From assembly GCA_963745025.1 (NCBI GenBank), contig CAVUWD010000019.1, positions 32,001 through 96,000 of the forward strand: a stretch of 64,000 nt of DNA, in the 5' to 3' direction. This document shows positions 1 to 9,183 of the stretch, piece by piece. This DNA is from an uncultured delta proteobacterium (lineage in GTDB: Bacteria; Desulfobacterota; Binatia; JACPRU01). Each line of letters opens with the position of its first letter. Position 1 is the stretch's first letter. The position numbers and the translations under genes were made by a program. The notes under the pieces were generated by a model. That model saw only the letters and a list, made by a program, of their open reading frames with translations, made no database searches and was not told where the DNA came from.

Positions 1-997
1 TGGCGTCGCCTCGTTCGCCGCGATGAGCGACCTTTCGAAGAAGCTGCGAGCCGCGCTGGAGAGCTCCTTCACGATCTCCCGGCCTCGGGTCGCTCGTCTC
101 GCCCGCGCCGCCGACGGCACGCGCAAGTTTCTCTTCGAGCTCGCCGACGGGAGCCGCATCGAGAGCGTGCTGATCCCGGCGGAGCTCGGCGAGCGGTTGA
201 CGCTCTGTATCTCCTCGCAGGTCGGCTGCGGGATGGGCTGCGCCTTCTGCGCGACGGCGACGCTCGGGCTCAAGCGGGGGCTCGATGCTCACGAGATCGT
301 CGATCAGGTTCTCGAGGCGCGGCGCGTGCTCGCCGATGCCGCACAGTCCGGCGAGCCGCAGTCGACGATCACCAACATCGTCTTCATGGGCATGGGCGAG
401 CCGCTCCACAATTACCACGAGGTCGTGCGCGCGGTCGGCGTCTTGACCGCGGACTGGGGCGTTGGGTTCTCGCCCCGCCGGATCACCGTGTCGACCGTGG
501 GCCTCGTCCCGCAGATGACGCGGCTGCTCGGCGACACGAGGGTCAATCTCGCGGTGTCGCTCTCGGGTACGACCGACGAGGTCCGGAGCCACCTCATGCC
601 GATCAACCGCAAGTACCGGCTGGCGACCCTCCTCGACGCCTGTCGGGGGCTGCCGCTGCCGCGGCGCAAACGGATCACCTTCGAGTACGTGATGCTCTCG
701 GGAAGAAACGATTCGTTGGAGGATGCCCACCGCCTGGCGACGCTCTTGCGTGGCATTCCCTCGAAGGTGAACCTGATTCCGTTCAACCCCTTTCCGGGTA
801 GCGGATTTGCGTCGACGGAGCTGCCGGCGATCCAGGCCTTTCGCGCCGCTCTGCTGCGCCAGGGCGTGCACACGACGATTCGCGAAAGCCGCGGGCGTGA
901 CATTCAGGCGGCCTGCGGGCAGCTGGCGGGGGACGTTTCAGCGGGCGGGGACGCTCCTTACCTTCGAAACTTTGCTCCGAAGGCGGCGCCAGGCTGA
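1..997 (+). CDS. rlmN: 23S rRNA/tRNA methyltransferase RlmN (5' end lies outside the window)
   Basis: Motifs CISSQVGCGMGCAFC (radical SAM), FMGMGEP and AACGQL. The frame is open upstream of the ATG at 23 (GVASFAAMSDLSK). Confidence 0.95.
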   Translation, partial: GVASFAAMSDLSKKLRAALESSFTISRPRVARLARAADGTRKFLFELADGSRIESVLIPAELGERLTLCISSQVGCGMGCAFCATATLGLKRGLDAHEIVDQVLEARRVLADAAQSGEPQSTITNIVFMGMGEPLHNYHEVVRAVGVLTADWGVGFSPRRITVSTVGLVPQMTRLLGDTRVNLAVSLSGTTDEVRSHLMPINRKYRLATLLDACRGLPLPRRKRITFEYVMLSGRNDSLEDAHRLATLLRGIPSKVNLIPFNPFPGSGFASTELPAIQAFRAALLRQGVHTTIRESRGRDIQAACGQLAGDVSAGGDAPYLRNFAPKAAPG

Positions 998-1026
998 GCA
1001 AAGTTTCGAAGGTAAGGAACGTCCCC
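947..1026. repeat. 31-bp inverted repeat (1 mismatch) overlapping the rlmN 3' end
   Basis: GGGGACGCTCCTTACCTTCGAAACTTTGCTC (947-977) pairs with GAGCAAAGTTTCGAAGGTAAGGAACGTCCCC (996-1026). Confidence 0.9.
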
Positions 1027-1058
1027 ATACGGTTGCATCGCTCGGCCGCGTCCCCTAG

Positions 1059-1985
1059 ATGGTCCCGGGAATGGCAGTCGCCAAGAGGAGAGGCGCGGCA
1101 AGCCGGCGCCAGACGGGCACGCCTTCCGTGCGCCTCGGCGTGATCGGCGGGAGCGGGCTCTATCAGATGCCCGGGCTCGACGGCGCGCAGGAGGTCTCGG
1201 TGCGCACGCCTTTCGGCGCGCCCTCGGATGCGCTCGTCGTGGGCAAGCTGGGTGGCGTCGGCGTCGCCTTCTTGCCGCGCCACGGCCGTGGTCATCGCAT
1301 CCTTCCGAGCGAGATCAACTTTCGCGCCAACGTGTGCGCGCTGAAGCAGCTCGGCGCCGAGTTTCTGCTCTCCGTCGGGGCGGTCGGCAGTTTGAAGCAG
1401 GAGCTTCGCCCCGGGGACATCGTCGTTCCCGACCAGTTCATCGACCGCACGCACGGGCGAGCGAGCACGTTCTTCGGAGACGGCGTGGTCGCACACGTCG
1501 GCCTGGCCGATCCGGTCTGTCCGGTGCTGTCGCGACTCGTGGTCGTGGCCGCGCTCGCGACGGGCGATTCGACGGTCCACGAGCGCGGCACCTACGTCTG
1601 CATGGAGGGCCCGCAGTTCTCGACGCGAGCGGAATCGATGCTGCATCGGCAGTGGCACGCCGACGTGATCGGCATGACGAACGTGCAGGAGGCGAAGCTC
1701 GCGCGCGAGGCGGAGATGTGCTTCGCCTCCGTCTCGCTGGTGAGCGATTACGACTGCTGGAACGTGGGCGCCGGAGACGTGGACATCGCCGAGGTGCTGC
1801 GCATTCTCCAGGAGAGCACGGAGCGCGCGCAGCGGATCGTCGGCACGATCGTCGATCAGCTGCCCGCCGAGCGCGCGTGCGTTTGTGCTTCGGCGCTCGC
1901 GCAGGCCATCATCACCGATCGGGCGCGGATTCCGGCGAGCGCGCGAGCGCGCCTGCGGCCGATCGCCGGTCGATACCTGGAGTGA
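1059..1985 (+). CDS. mtnP: S-methyl-5'-thioadenosine phosphorylase
   Basis: GVIGGSGLY, FLPRHG, EGPQFSTRAES, IGMT, SDYDCW. Start codon uncertain. Confidence 0.93.
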   Translation: MVPGMAVAKRRGAASRRQTGTPSVRLGVIGGSGLYQMPGLDGAQEVSVRTPFGAPSDALVVGKLGGVGVAFLPRHGRGHRILPSEINFRANVCALKQLGAEFLLSVGAVGSLKQELRPGDIVVPDQFIDRTHGRASTFFGDGVVAHVGLADPVCPVLSRLVVVAALATGDSTVHERGTYVCMEGPQFSTRAESMLHRQWHADVIGMTNVQEAKLAREAEMCFASVSLVSDYDCWNVGAGDVDIAEVLRILQESTERAQRIVGTIVDQLPAERACVCASALAQAIITDRARIPASARARLRPIAGRYLE

Positions 1986-2016
1986 TGCGGAGCCACCGGG
2001 TGAGGGGGAGAAACAT

Positions 2017-2917
2017 TTGAAGATCGTCGTGGTCGGCTCGGTGGCGTTCGACAACGTCGAGACGCCCTTCGGCAAGGTGGAGAACGTGATCGGCGGCTCG
2101 GCGACCTTCTTTTCGGTGGCCGCGAGCTTCTTCGCGCCCGTCGCCGTGGTCGCGGTCGTCGGGGAAGACTTCCCGAAGGCGGAGCTCGCATTCTTGCGCT
2201 CGCGCGGCATCGATACGGCGGGGATCGAGATCGCCGAGGGACGCACGTTCCGCTGGACCGGCCGCTATCACGAGGACATGAATCTACGCGACACGCTCGA
2301 CCTCCAGCTCAACGTGTTCGCCGAGTTCCAGCCGAAGCTCGCCCGAGTCGTACCGCGCTGCCGAGATCTGCTTCCTCAGCAACATCCATCCGAGCCTCCA
2401 GCAGAGCGTGTTGCGGCAGCTCGACCGACCCGAGCTCGTCGGCGCCGACACCATGACGCACTGGATCCAGGACACCCGCGGCGACCTCGAGGCGCTGCTC
2501 CGCCACGTCGAAGTCCTCACCGTGAACGACGAGGAAGCGCGCATGCTCTCGGGCGAGCGCAACATCGTCGCCGCGGCGCGGAAGATCCTCGCCATGGGGC
2601 CGAAGAGCCTGCTCATCAAGCGTGGCGAGTACGGCGTGCTGCACTTCTCCCCCGATTCGGTCTTCGCCGTGCCCGCCTTTCCTCTGGAACAGGTCTTCGA
2701 TCCGACGGGCGCGGGCGACGCGTTTGCCGGCGGCTTCGTCGGCGCGCTCGCCAAGTGCGGCGATTTCTCGCCGTCGAGCGTGCGCCGGGCGATCGTCTAC
2801 GGCAGCGTGATGGCGTCCTTCGTGGTCGAGGACTTCAGCTTGAAGCGGCTGCGGAAGCTCAGCAGCGAGGACGTGGAGCACCGCTATCGGCAGTTCGTCG
2901 CGCTGACGGAGTTCTGA
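2017..2917 (+). CDS. PfkB-family sugar kinase (one apparent frameshift near 2345)
   Basis: N-terminal VVGSVAFDNVETPFG...GGSA in one frame. C-terminal DPTGAGDAFAGG in ORF 2408-2917. Confidence 0.85.
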
Positions 2918-2926
2918 GGAACCCGG

Positions 2927-3868
2927 TTGCAGCTCTCTGTCGTCTTTCCCGTCTACAACGAGGCCGGCAACGTCGAAGCGCTCGTCGACGACGTGGTTCG
3001 TGCCTGCGATCCACTCGGGCGGGAGTACGAGATCGTCGTCGTCGATGACGGCAGCGACGACGGCACCTCCGACGTGCTTCGCCGGCTCAAGACCCGTGTG
3101 CCGCGCTTGCGGGTGATTCTCTTCCGGCGAAACTTCGGTCAGACGGCTGCCCTGCAGGCGGGGATCTCCCACGCCCGCGGCGACGTCCTCGTCACCATGG
3201 ACGGTGACGGCGAGAACGACCCCGCCGACATTCCGAAGCTCCTTCAGGCGCTCGCGGCGGGAGTCGACATGGTCTGCGGCTGGCGGCAAGGGCGCTGGCA
3301 AGGCGCGCTGCTCACACGGCGCCTGCCGAGCGAGGTGGCCAACCGGCTGATCGGCTACTCGACCGGCGTTCGCCTTCACGACTACGGCTGCCAGTTCAAG
3401 GCGCTTCGCCGTGAGCTCGCGTCGAGTCTCAAGCTCTACGGCGAGATGCACCGCTTCGTGCCGGTGCTGGCTCATGACGTCGGCGCATCGATCGTCGAGG
3501 TGCCGGTCGGTTACCGTCCGCGCCGCTACGGCACCTCCAAGTACGGGCTCTCGCGCATGGTACGGGTGATTCTCGATCTCATCACGGTGAAGTTCCTGTC
3601 GAGCTTCAAGACGCGGCCGATCCAGGTCTTCGGCCTCTGGGGTTTGATCGCTGTGGTGCTCGGCCTCGTATGGACGGTCTGGCTCGTCGTCGAGCGGCAG
3701 GTCTACGGGGTGCCAATGGGCAATCGGCCGCAGCTCTTTCTCGCCGTGCTGCTGACGTTCACGGGCATGCAGTTCATCACCCTCGGGCTTCTCGGCGAGA
3801 TGCTCTCGCGCACGTATCACGAGAGCCAGAACAAGCCGACCTACGTGATCCGCGAGATTCTCGAGTGA
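2927..3868 (+). CDS. Glycosyltransferase family 2 (ArnC/DPM-synthase-like)
   Basis: LSVVFPVYNE, VDDGSDDGT, RRNFGQTAA, MDGD, two C-terminal TM helices. Confidence 0.92.
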   Translation: MQLSVVFPVYNEAGNVEALVDDVVRACDPLGREYEIVVVDDGSDDGTSDVLRRLKTRVPRLRVILFRRNFGQTAALQAGISHARGDVLVTMDGDGENDPADIPKLLQALAAGVDMVCGWRQGRWQGALLTRRLPSEVANRLIGYSTGVRLHDYGCQFKALRRELASSLKLYGEMHRFVPVLAHDVGASIVEVPVGYRPRRYGTSKYGLSRMVRVILDLITVKFLSSFKTRPIQVFGLWGLIAVVLGLVWTVWLVVERQVYGVPMGNRPQLFLAVLLTFTGMQFITLGLLGEMLSRTYHESQNKPTYVIREILE

Positions 3869-4020
3869 ACCTCGAAGATCGCGTGAGGACGAGGGACTCT
3901 GATCTTCCCTGAACGGAATCTCCCAGTGTCGGAAGTCACGAGAGCCGAAACGAGCCGACCGACCGTCTGCCTCTCCCCACCGGGGAGAGGGGATGCGTGG
4001 TGCCCAATTCTTCGAGCAAG

Positions 4021-4890
4021 ATGAAGTTCCTGCGCTACTGGGCGAAGGCTTCCGCGAAGGCCACGGCGCCGGACGGCCGGACGCTCGCGTTCGCTTGCTG
4101 GCGCGGGTCGGACCGGAGCCTCGACGATGCGCAGACCTCGGCGCGCATGGCGGCGGAAGAGGTCGCCGCGCGCGCCGCGCAAAGCGGCGAGCCGACGCGC
4201 GGGTACCTGTACGGCGAGCGCCCCATCCGTGAAGAGGTCGTGCGCGAGCTCGCCTCGGGCGACGGCGGTCCAGCCGCGGTGATCACGCGGAACTCCTTCG
4301 GCTGTCTCGTCCTCAACACGGCGCGCGTGCTGTTCGTCGACGTCGATCTACCGCCCGCCCGCCTGGCTGCGTCCGCGGGCGGCTGGCTCGCGCGGCTTCT
4401 CGGCCGGCGCGGGCAGGGATCGAACGATGGCGCCGAAGCGCAAGCGTTCGAGCGCCTCGATGCCTGGGTACGGGCGCATCCGGGAGTGGGGTTCCGAGCC
4501 TATCGGACGCGCGCGGGTCTGCGTTATCTCGGAACGAGCGGTGTCTTCGAACCGGCGAGCGCGGCCGCGGAAGCCCTGCTCGAGGCGCTCGGGTGCGATC
4601 CGCTGTACGTCCGTCTTTGCCGTGCGCAACGGAGCTTCCGCGCGCGGCTCACGCCCAAGCCGTGGCGCTGCGGCGTCGTCAGGCCTCCGTCGCGTTTCCC
4701 GCACGAGAGTGCGGAGCGGGAAGAGGCGTTTCGCCGATGGCTCGAGCGCTACGAGGCTCTGTCTGGGCGCTTTGCCACCTGTGCGTACGTCTCGACCTTC
4801 GGCGTGGAGCGCGTGCACGAGGAGGTCGAGCCGATCCTTCGTTTCCACGACGAAGCCACGCGGACGGCCTCGGGCCTCGCGCTAGCGTGA
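4021..4890 (+). CDS. Hypothetical protein with possible AEP/primase-like motifs
   Basis: Long ORF with host-like codon usage. Motifs VLFVDVD, YRTRAGLR, DPLY, FRARLTPKPWR. Confidence 0.7.
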   Translation: MKFLRYWAKASAKATAPDGRTLAFACWRGSDRSLDDAQTSARMAAEEVAARAAQSGEPTRGYLYGERPIREEVVRELASGDGGPAAVITRNSFGCLVLNTARVLFVDVDLPPARLAASAGGWLARLLGRRGQGSNDGAEAQAFERLDAWVRAHPGVGFRAYRTRAGLRYLGTSGVFEPASAAAEALLEALGCDPLYVRLCRAQRSFRARLTPKPWRCGVVRPPSRFPHESAEREEAFRRWLERYEALSGRFATCAYVSTFGVERVHEEVEPILRFHDEATRTASGLALA

Positions 4891-4985
4891 CGCGAGGTAC
4901 TTCTTCCGGCGCACCCACTTGGCGAGCGCCTGCTCGCTGTCGATGAGCTCTACACCTTCCCTCTGCAGCGCGTCGAGCGCAGCGA
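4788..4985. repeat. Left copy of a duplicated convergent gene junction (hypothetical 3' end + degenerate isochorismatase 3' end)
   Basis: GCTAGCGTGACGCGAGGTACTTCTTCCGGCGCACCCACT...GAGCGCCTGCTCGCTGTCGATGAGCTC recurs at ~10166-10235. 4788-4883 aligns with ~10006-10103. Confidence 0.88.
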
Positions 4986-5042
4986 CTTCCGTAATTCCAG
5001 GATTCGTCAGCCGCGCGTATGGAGTTCCCGTGTCCGAAGCCG

Positions 5043-5127
5043 CGGATGAGCGGCGCAAGCGGCCGAGTTGTCATAACGGTCGATCTCGGACGCCGGCATT
5101 TCCCCATCTCTGCCCGCTTTGACGGGG
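5043..5127 (+). repeat. Hairpin repeat copy 1 (AGCGG...TCGATCTCGGACGCCGGC...CCGCTTTGAC)
   Basis: Shares an 18-nt invariant core and CCGCTTTGAC with the copies at 7641 and 8467. Confidence 0.88.
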
Positions 5128-5399
5128 ACAAAGCGGCAGCCGAGCCCAGCGGCACCCGGCGTGACGGCACGGGCGCGGACCCTGCCAGGGTCCTGGCAGG
5201 AACCAGCCAAATCTCGTCCGCAGCTGACGTCTTGCCGGGCTCATAGGACCACGAGGAGATCTACCTTCGCGGCGCTCCTCTCGAGCCCGACATGAACGCG
5301 AGCGATTCCACGCACGTGACGACTCTCCCCGATCTAAGCGACGATGTCGCGATGCAACCGGCGGGCGTCGGCGGCCTGGACGATCTCGAGCTCTTCCGC

Positions 5400-5455
5400 G
5401 TAACGGCGGTGTCACCGTGCCGGGCCAGGTAGATGATGGGAGGTGCCTCGGTCAG
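5400..5455 (-). pseudogene. N-terminal stub of a histidine phosphatase family gene
   Basis: Minus strand reads EAPPIIYLARHGDTA (RHG motif) directly after the porin stop, then loses similarity. Confidence 0.5.
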
Positions 5456-5477
5456 CAGGGCAAAATCGGAGTTCTCC

Positions 5478-6824
5478 CTAGAGGGCAAGGCTGATCTCCG
5501 CGGCCAACACCGCTGCGCTTCCGATGTTGCTGAAGCCGTTCGGGTGGATGATGTACTGAAAGTCGGGGGTGACATAGAGCCAGGGGCTGATCTGAAACCT
5601 GTGGTTCGCCTCGACCACCGTCTCGGCTCCCTGCCCCGGAAGATGATCACTGAAAATGCCGCTGATCATGCCCAAGGCGGTCACGTCACGATCGCGACCG
5701 CCAAGAAGACCGTGGTATAGAAAGCCTCCCGCGGCCTGCACGGTTTGCGGATTGATGCTCTCCTGGGGAGCGACGAACACCGCTGCCCAGACGCTTGGTC
5801 CCTTCGGCCGATCCTTGGGGGTCGCTGCGTGCTTGATATACGGGTGCTTCGCACGGGTCGCATAGGTCGCACTGGCGCGCAAATACTCGAGTCCCTGGTA
5901 CTCCAGCCATTCGCTGCGATAGAGCATCTGATCGACGTAGAAATAGAGGCCATAGTTTCCACGCTGCGTGTGCGCTGGGTTGTCGAGTGTAGAAAACCTG
6001 CTGCTCTCGAAATAGCCGCCTACGGTGGCGCTCCCCGGCAGGCCGTTCTCCTCGCGGCTCTGATGATGCTGGTAGGTCATCTGAGCGATTGCCATTTGTC
6101 CCTTCGACGTGTCGAGACTGAAGTCAGTGCCGTTCTTGCTCGGGTCCGCGACCGTCGGGTCGGCATTGTACCCGCCGGCGATGAACCCCCACTCCTTGGT
6201 GGGCTGATAGAACGCCCGTGCGCCCCATGCCGCCGCCTGGCTCCCCGGGAAGAAGATGTTGGCCGAAATGCTGCTCAGATTGTCGTTGATGCCGGCATTG
6301 ACGTAGTAGCCCCACAAGGGAGAGGTCGCAAAGACATCCCCCGCAGTGAGCCGGCCGGCCTGGAGGGTCACCGTCTCGTCAAACAGGGATTGCGACAGAC
6401 TCAGTTGTCCCAGGTACAGGTCGCCTGGGGTAAAGGCCTCCTGCACGTCGAAGAGGTTGCCGATGTCGTCCGACGACACGCTTCGTCCCGAATCCCAGAA
6501 GCCGTTCGCGGTGAACGACGCGCCCCTGAGGCCAACGAGGCGCTCGAAGTCCAATGCCAGGCCGGTGGCAAGAAACCCGGCATAGCTGGATCCCCGTTTC
6601 TCGCCACCCGACACGTTCCCAGCAAGGTCCGCGGTATAATTGGACGAGAACGTTACGCCCTTGCCTTCGAGCTCGTCGCGAACGCCGTGCCAGTTGCCCG
6701 TAGCGGTCCGTTGCTTCAACCACGACCCGAGCGGCGAGTCTTCGTCGGCCATGCTCAGCTGGGCGATCGCCGTTGAGATGGCACAGGTTACGGCGATCAG
6801 GATGATACGTTTCGATAGCATCAT
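5478..6824 (-). CDS. Carbohydrate-selective porin, OprB family
   Basis: Signal peptide, TGNWHGVRDELEGKGV, GNVSGG, C-terminal VTPDFQYIIHPNG. Confidence 0.9.
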   Translation of the reverse strand: MMLSKRIILIAVTCAISTAIAQLSMADEDSPLGSWLKQRTATGNWHGVRDELEGKGVTFSSNYTADLAGNVSGGEKRGSSYAGFLATGLALDFERLVGLRGASFTANGFWDSGRSVSSDDIGNLFDVQEAFTPGDLYLGQLSLSQSLFDETVTLQAGRLTAGDVFATSPLWGYYVNAGINDNLSSISANIFFPGSQAAAWGARAFYQPTKEWGFIAGGYNADPTVADPSKNGTDFSLDTSKGQMAIAQMTYQHHQSREENGLPGSATVGGYFESSRFSTLDNPAHTQRGNYGLYFYVDQMLYRSEWLEYQGLEYLRASATYATRAKHPYIKHAATPKDRPKGPSVWAAVFVAPQESINPQTVQAAGGFLYHGLLGGRDRDVTALGMISGIFSDHLPGQGAETVVEANHRFQISPWLYVTPDFQYIIHPNGFSNIGSAAVLAAEISLAL

Positions 6825-7177
6825 TCTCGCCGGCGCTCCTCGCTCCTGAGTTTTCAAAAGCGGTACTTGCCAGAACGGCATTTACTCACCGGCCGCCTTC
6901 CCGTAACCACGCAGCGCGGCGAGATCTGCCTGGCTCGTCGCACCGGTCACGCCCCGGCGGGATCCGGCGAGGTTCATCGAGCCCGTCAGAGCTCCACGTC
7001 CACCACGGCGCGCGCATCGTCTCCAAGCACCTGCACGAGGCGGGTATAGACGGCGTCTACGAGAGGGTCGACGACAGCCACTCCCAACGGCCACATGGAC
7101 GTCTCGCTGCCGTTCCTCTACGGCGCGCTGAAGCCTTGCGGCGGTCGGCAGGGCGCCAAGAGCGCTTCGGCCGCGCC

Positions 7178-7558
7178 TCAGCTCTGCGGCGATCCCTTCA
7201 CGTAACCCATGGCCTCGACGATGCGTCCGCCGCGCACCCGCATCAGGTTCACACCCCGCACGGAGTCGCTCTCCCTCTCGCCCCACCGAAATCGCCAGCG
7301 GATGATCGCGCGCTCCCCGGCAACCTCCACGTCCTCGAGGTCAAAGTGCGTCCCGGGCGTGGTCGCGATCTCCCGCCAGAGCGCCACGCAGGCCTCCCGT
7401 CCCACGTACCGTGAGCCGTTCGGTGCGGGTGTCGTGTTCTCGATGACGCAGTCGGCCGCGACCAGCTCCGAGAGGTCCGAGGGATCATGGCGCTGAAACA
7501 CGTCATTGAACCGCCCGATCACCTCCACGGTGTCACTCTGCTGCTTGCTCGTGCTCAT
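7178..7558 (-). CDS. SnoaL/NTF2-like protein
   Basis: RFNDVFQRHD...ADCVIENT...RGVNLMRVRGGRIVEAMGYVK. Confidence 0.85.
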   Translation of the reverse strand: MSTSKQQSDTVEVIGRFNDVFQRHDPSDLSELVAADCVIENTTPAPNGSRYVGREACVALWREIATTPGTHFDLEDVEVAGERAIIRWRFRWGERESDSVRGVNLMRVRGGRIVEAMGYVKGSPQS

Positions 7559-7640
7559 AGCTCCGCTCCTCTCGCGTCGGAGTCTGACCGCCGCTGCGAT
7601 CAGCTTTCGTTTGGGAATGCCGCTAGCCCCGCGAACGATT

Positions 7641-7730
7641 GAGTATAGCGGCCACGAGAGCCGGGGAGCTACATCACCTTCGATCTCGGACGCCGGCGCT
7701 TCCCCGTCTCGTGCCCGCTTTGACGGGTCG
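7641..7730 (+). repeat. Hairpin repeat copy 2
   Basis: AGCGG-C-CACGAGA-GC-CGGGGA...TCCCCG-TCTCGTG-C-CCGCT-TTGAC. Confidence 0.88.
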
Positions 7731-7821
7731 ACGAGGAGCTTGCATCAGCGGAGCCCGACCAGTACTCAGCAGGGCATCCGGGGCGCGTTGCGTCTCGAGA
7801 CCGCCGCTGGAAGGAGCTCTC

Positions 7822-8502
7822 ATGTTGAAGATCTACGGTGCGCTGCTCTCACCGTTCGTGCGCAAGGTGCGCGTCGTGCTCGCCGAGAAGCAGCTGCAGT
7901 ACGAGCTCGTGCCGAGCAATCCTTTCGAGAAGTCGCCGGAGCTCCTCAAGCGGAGCCCGCTCGGCCGCATTCCCGCCTTCGAGGACGAGCAGGGCCGCAC
8001 GCTCGCCGACAGCACGGTCGTCGTCGAGTACCTGGAGGAGCGCTTTCCAAGCCTGGCGCTCTTTCCCAAGGATCCCTACGAGCGCGCGCGGGTCCGTTGG
8101 TTCGACGAGTACGCCGACGGCGGCATGGGCCCGAGCCTGACCGGCAAGATCTTCTTCCAGCGCGTGATCAGCGCCAAGTTGATGCGGAAGGTGCCCGACG
8201 AGACGGTGGTCGCGACCGCCATCGCCGAGCTGCCCAACTACCTCGCCTACCTCGAGAAGGAGCTCGGCACGAACGACTATCTGGTCGCCAATACCTTCAC
8301 CCTCGCCGACATCAGCGTCGCCTGCCAGTTCATCAATCTGCGTCACGCGGGGGTCGAGATCGACGCCGGGAAGTACCCGAGCCTGGCCGCCTGGTTCGCA
8401 CGCGTGACGAGCCGGCCGTCGCTGAAGGCGCTGATCGAGCAGGACCGGGGGTTTCTGGCGAAGCTCGAGGATAGCGGCGACAAGGGCCGGAAAGCTACAT
8501 GA
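7822..8502 (+). CDS. Glutathione S-transferase family protein
   Basis: SPFVRKVR, SPLGRIP, LADS, FTLADI. AGGAG RBS upstream. Confidence 0.93.
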   Translation: MLKIYGALLSPFVRKVRVVLAEKQLQYELVPSNPFEKSPELLKRSPLGRIPAFEDEQGRTLADSTVVVEYLEERFPSLALFPKDPYERARVRWFDEYADGGMGPSLTGKIFFQRVISAKLMRKVPDETVVATAIAELPNYLAYLEKELGTNDYLVANTFTLADISVACQFINLRHAGVEIDAGKYPSLAAWFARVTSRPSLKALIEQDRGFLAKLEDSGDKGRKAT

Positions 8503-8555
8503 CGGTCGATCTCGGACGCCGGCACTTCCCCATGTTTGTCCGCTTTGACCGGTCG
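8467..8555 (+). repeat. Hairpin repeat copy 3 (supplies the GST stop codon)
   Basis: AGCGGCGACAA...TCGATCTCGGACGCCGGC...TTGTCCGCTTTGAC. Confidence 0.88.
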
Positions 8556-8600
8556 CACAGCGCCACCGCATTTACAGACAAGCGATCGAGGTAAGCAACG

Positions 8601-8999
8601 ATGAATCATCTGGAAACCACGAAGCACATGTACGAGGCGTTTGCCCGCGGCGACGTGCCCGCCATCCTGGCGTGTCTGCACGAAGACGTTGAATGGGAAT
8701 ACGGCGTCATCTCTCACGACGTGCCGTGGTACCAGGCGCGGCGCGGGCGCAGTGAGGTGATGGGCTTCTTCGAAAGCCTGGCAGCATTGACCTGGCACAA
8801 GTTCGAGCCCAAGTCGTTTCTCGCTGCGGACGATCTGGTAGTCGTGCTGATCGATGCCGACTATACCGTCACCGCCACCGGCGGCCGCGTGGTCTACGAG
8901 GACGCCATCATGCTCTGGCGCTTCGACGATCAGGGACTGGTGCGGCGCTTCGCCCATCGCGTCGATACCCACCAGGCCTGGCTCGCCTGTCGGCGCTGA
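8601..8999 (+). CDS. SnoaL/ketosteroid-isomerase-like protein
   Basis: YEAFARGDVPAIL...DVEW...VDT pattern. Confidence 0.87.
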   Translation: MNHLETTKHMYEAFARGDVPAILACLHEDVEWEYGVISHDVPWYQARRGRSEVMGFFESLAALTWHKFEPKSFLAADDLVVVLIDADYTVTATGGRVVYEDAIMLWRFDDQGLVRRFAHRVDTHQAWLACRR

Positions 9000-9183
9000 A
9001 GATTCATGGCGTGGCCGCACTGCACGGCCTCAACCTGCGACGCGAGCGGCACCGCACCTTCCAGACCCTAGCCTTAGTCGCATGAGCATTGAACGGCGTT
9101 GCCACTTACAACATGTTGGTTTTCACATTTCCCTGAACCGTTATACTCGGGTCGCGTTCGCCCGAGATGCCTCGGAGGTCGCC

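Noticed and set aside
783-3820. Long antisense ORFs (e.g. 783-2246, 2309-3820, and many similar elsewhere)
   Set aside because: Shadow ORFs expected at high GC, opposite well-supported genes, with no recognisable motifs.
3971-3992. CCTCTCCCC-ACC-GGGGAGAGG hairpin
   Set aside because: A single short palindrome in the window; insufficient to call a REP or terminator.
5043-8555. Hairpin repeats as classical integron attC sites or tRNA remnants
   Set aside because: No RYYYAAC/GTTRRRY boxes, no IntI in the window, and no cloverleaf or CCA end.
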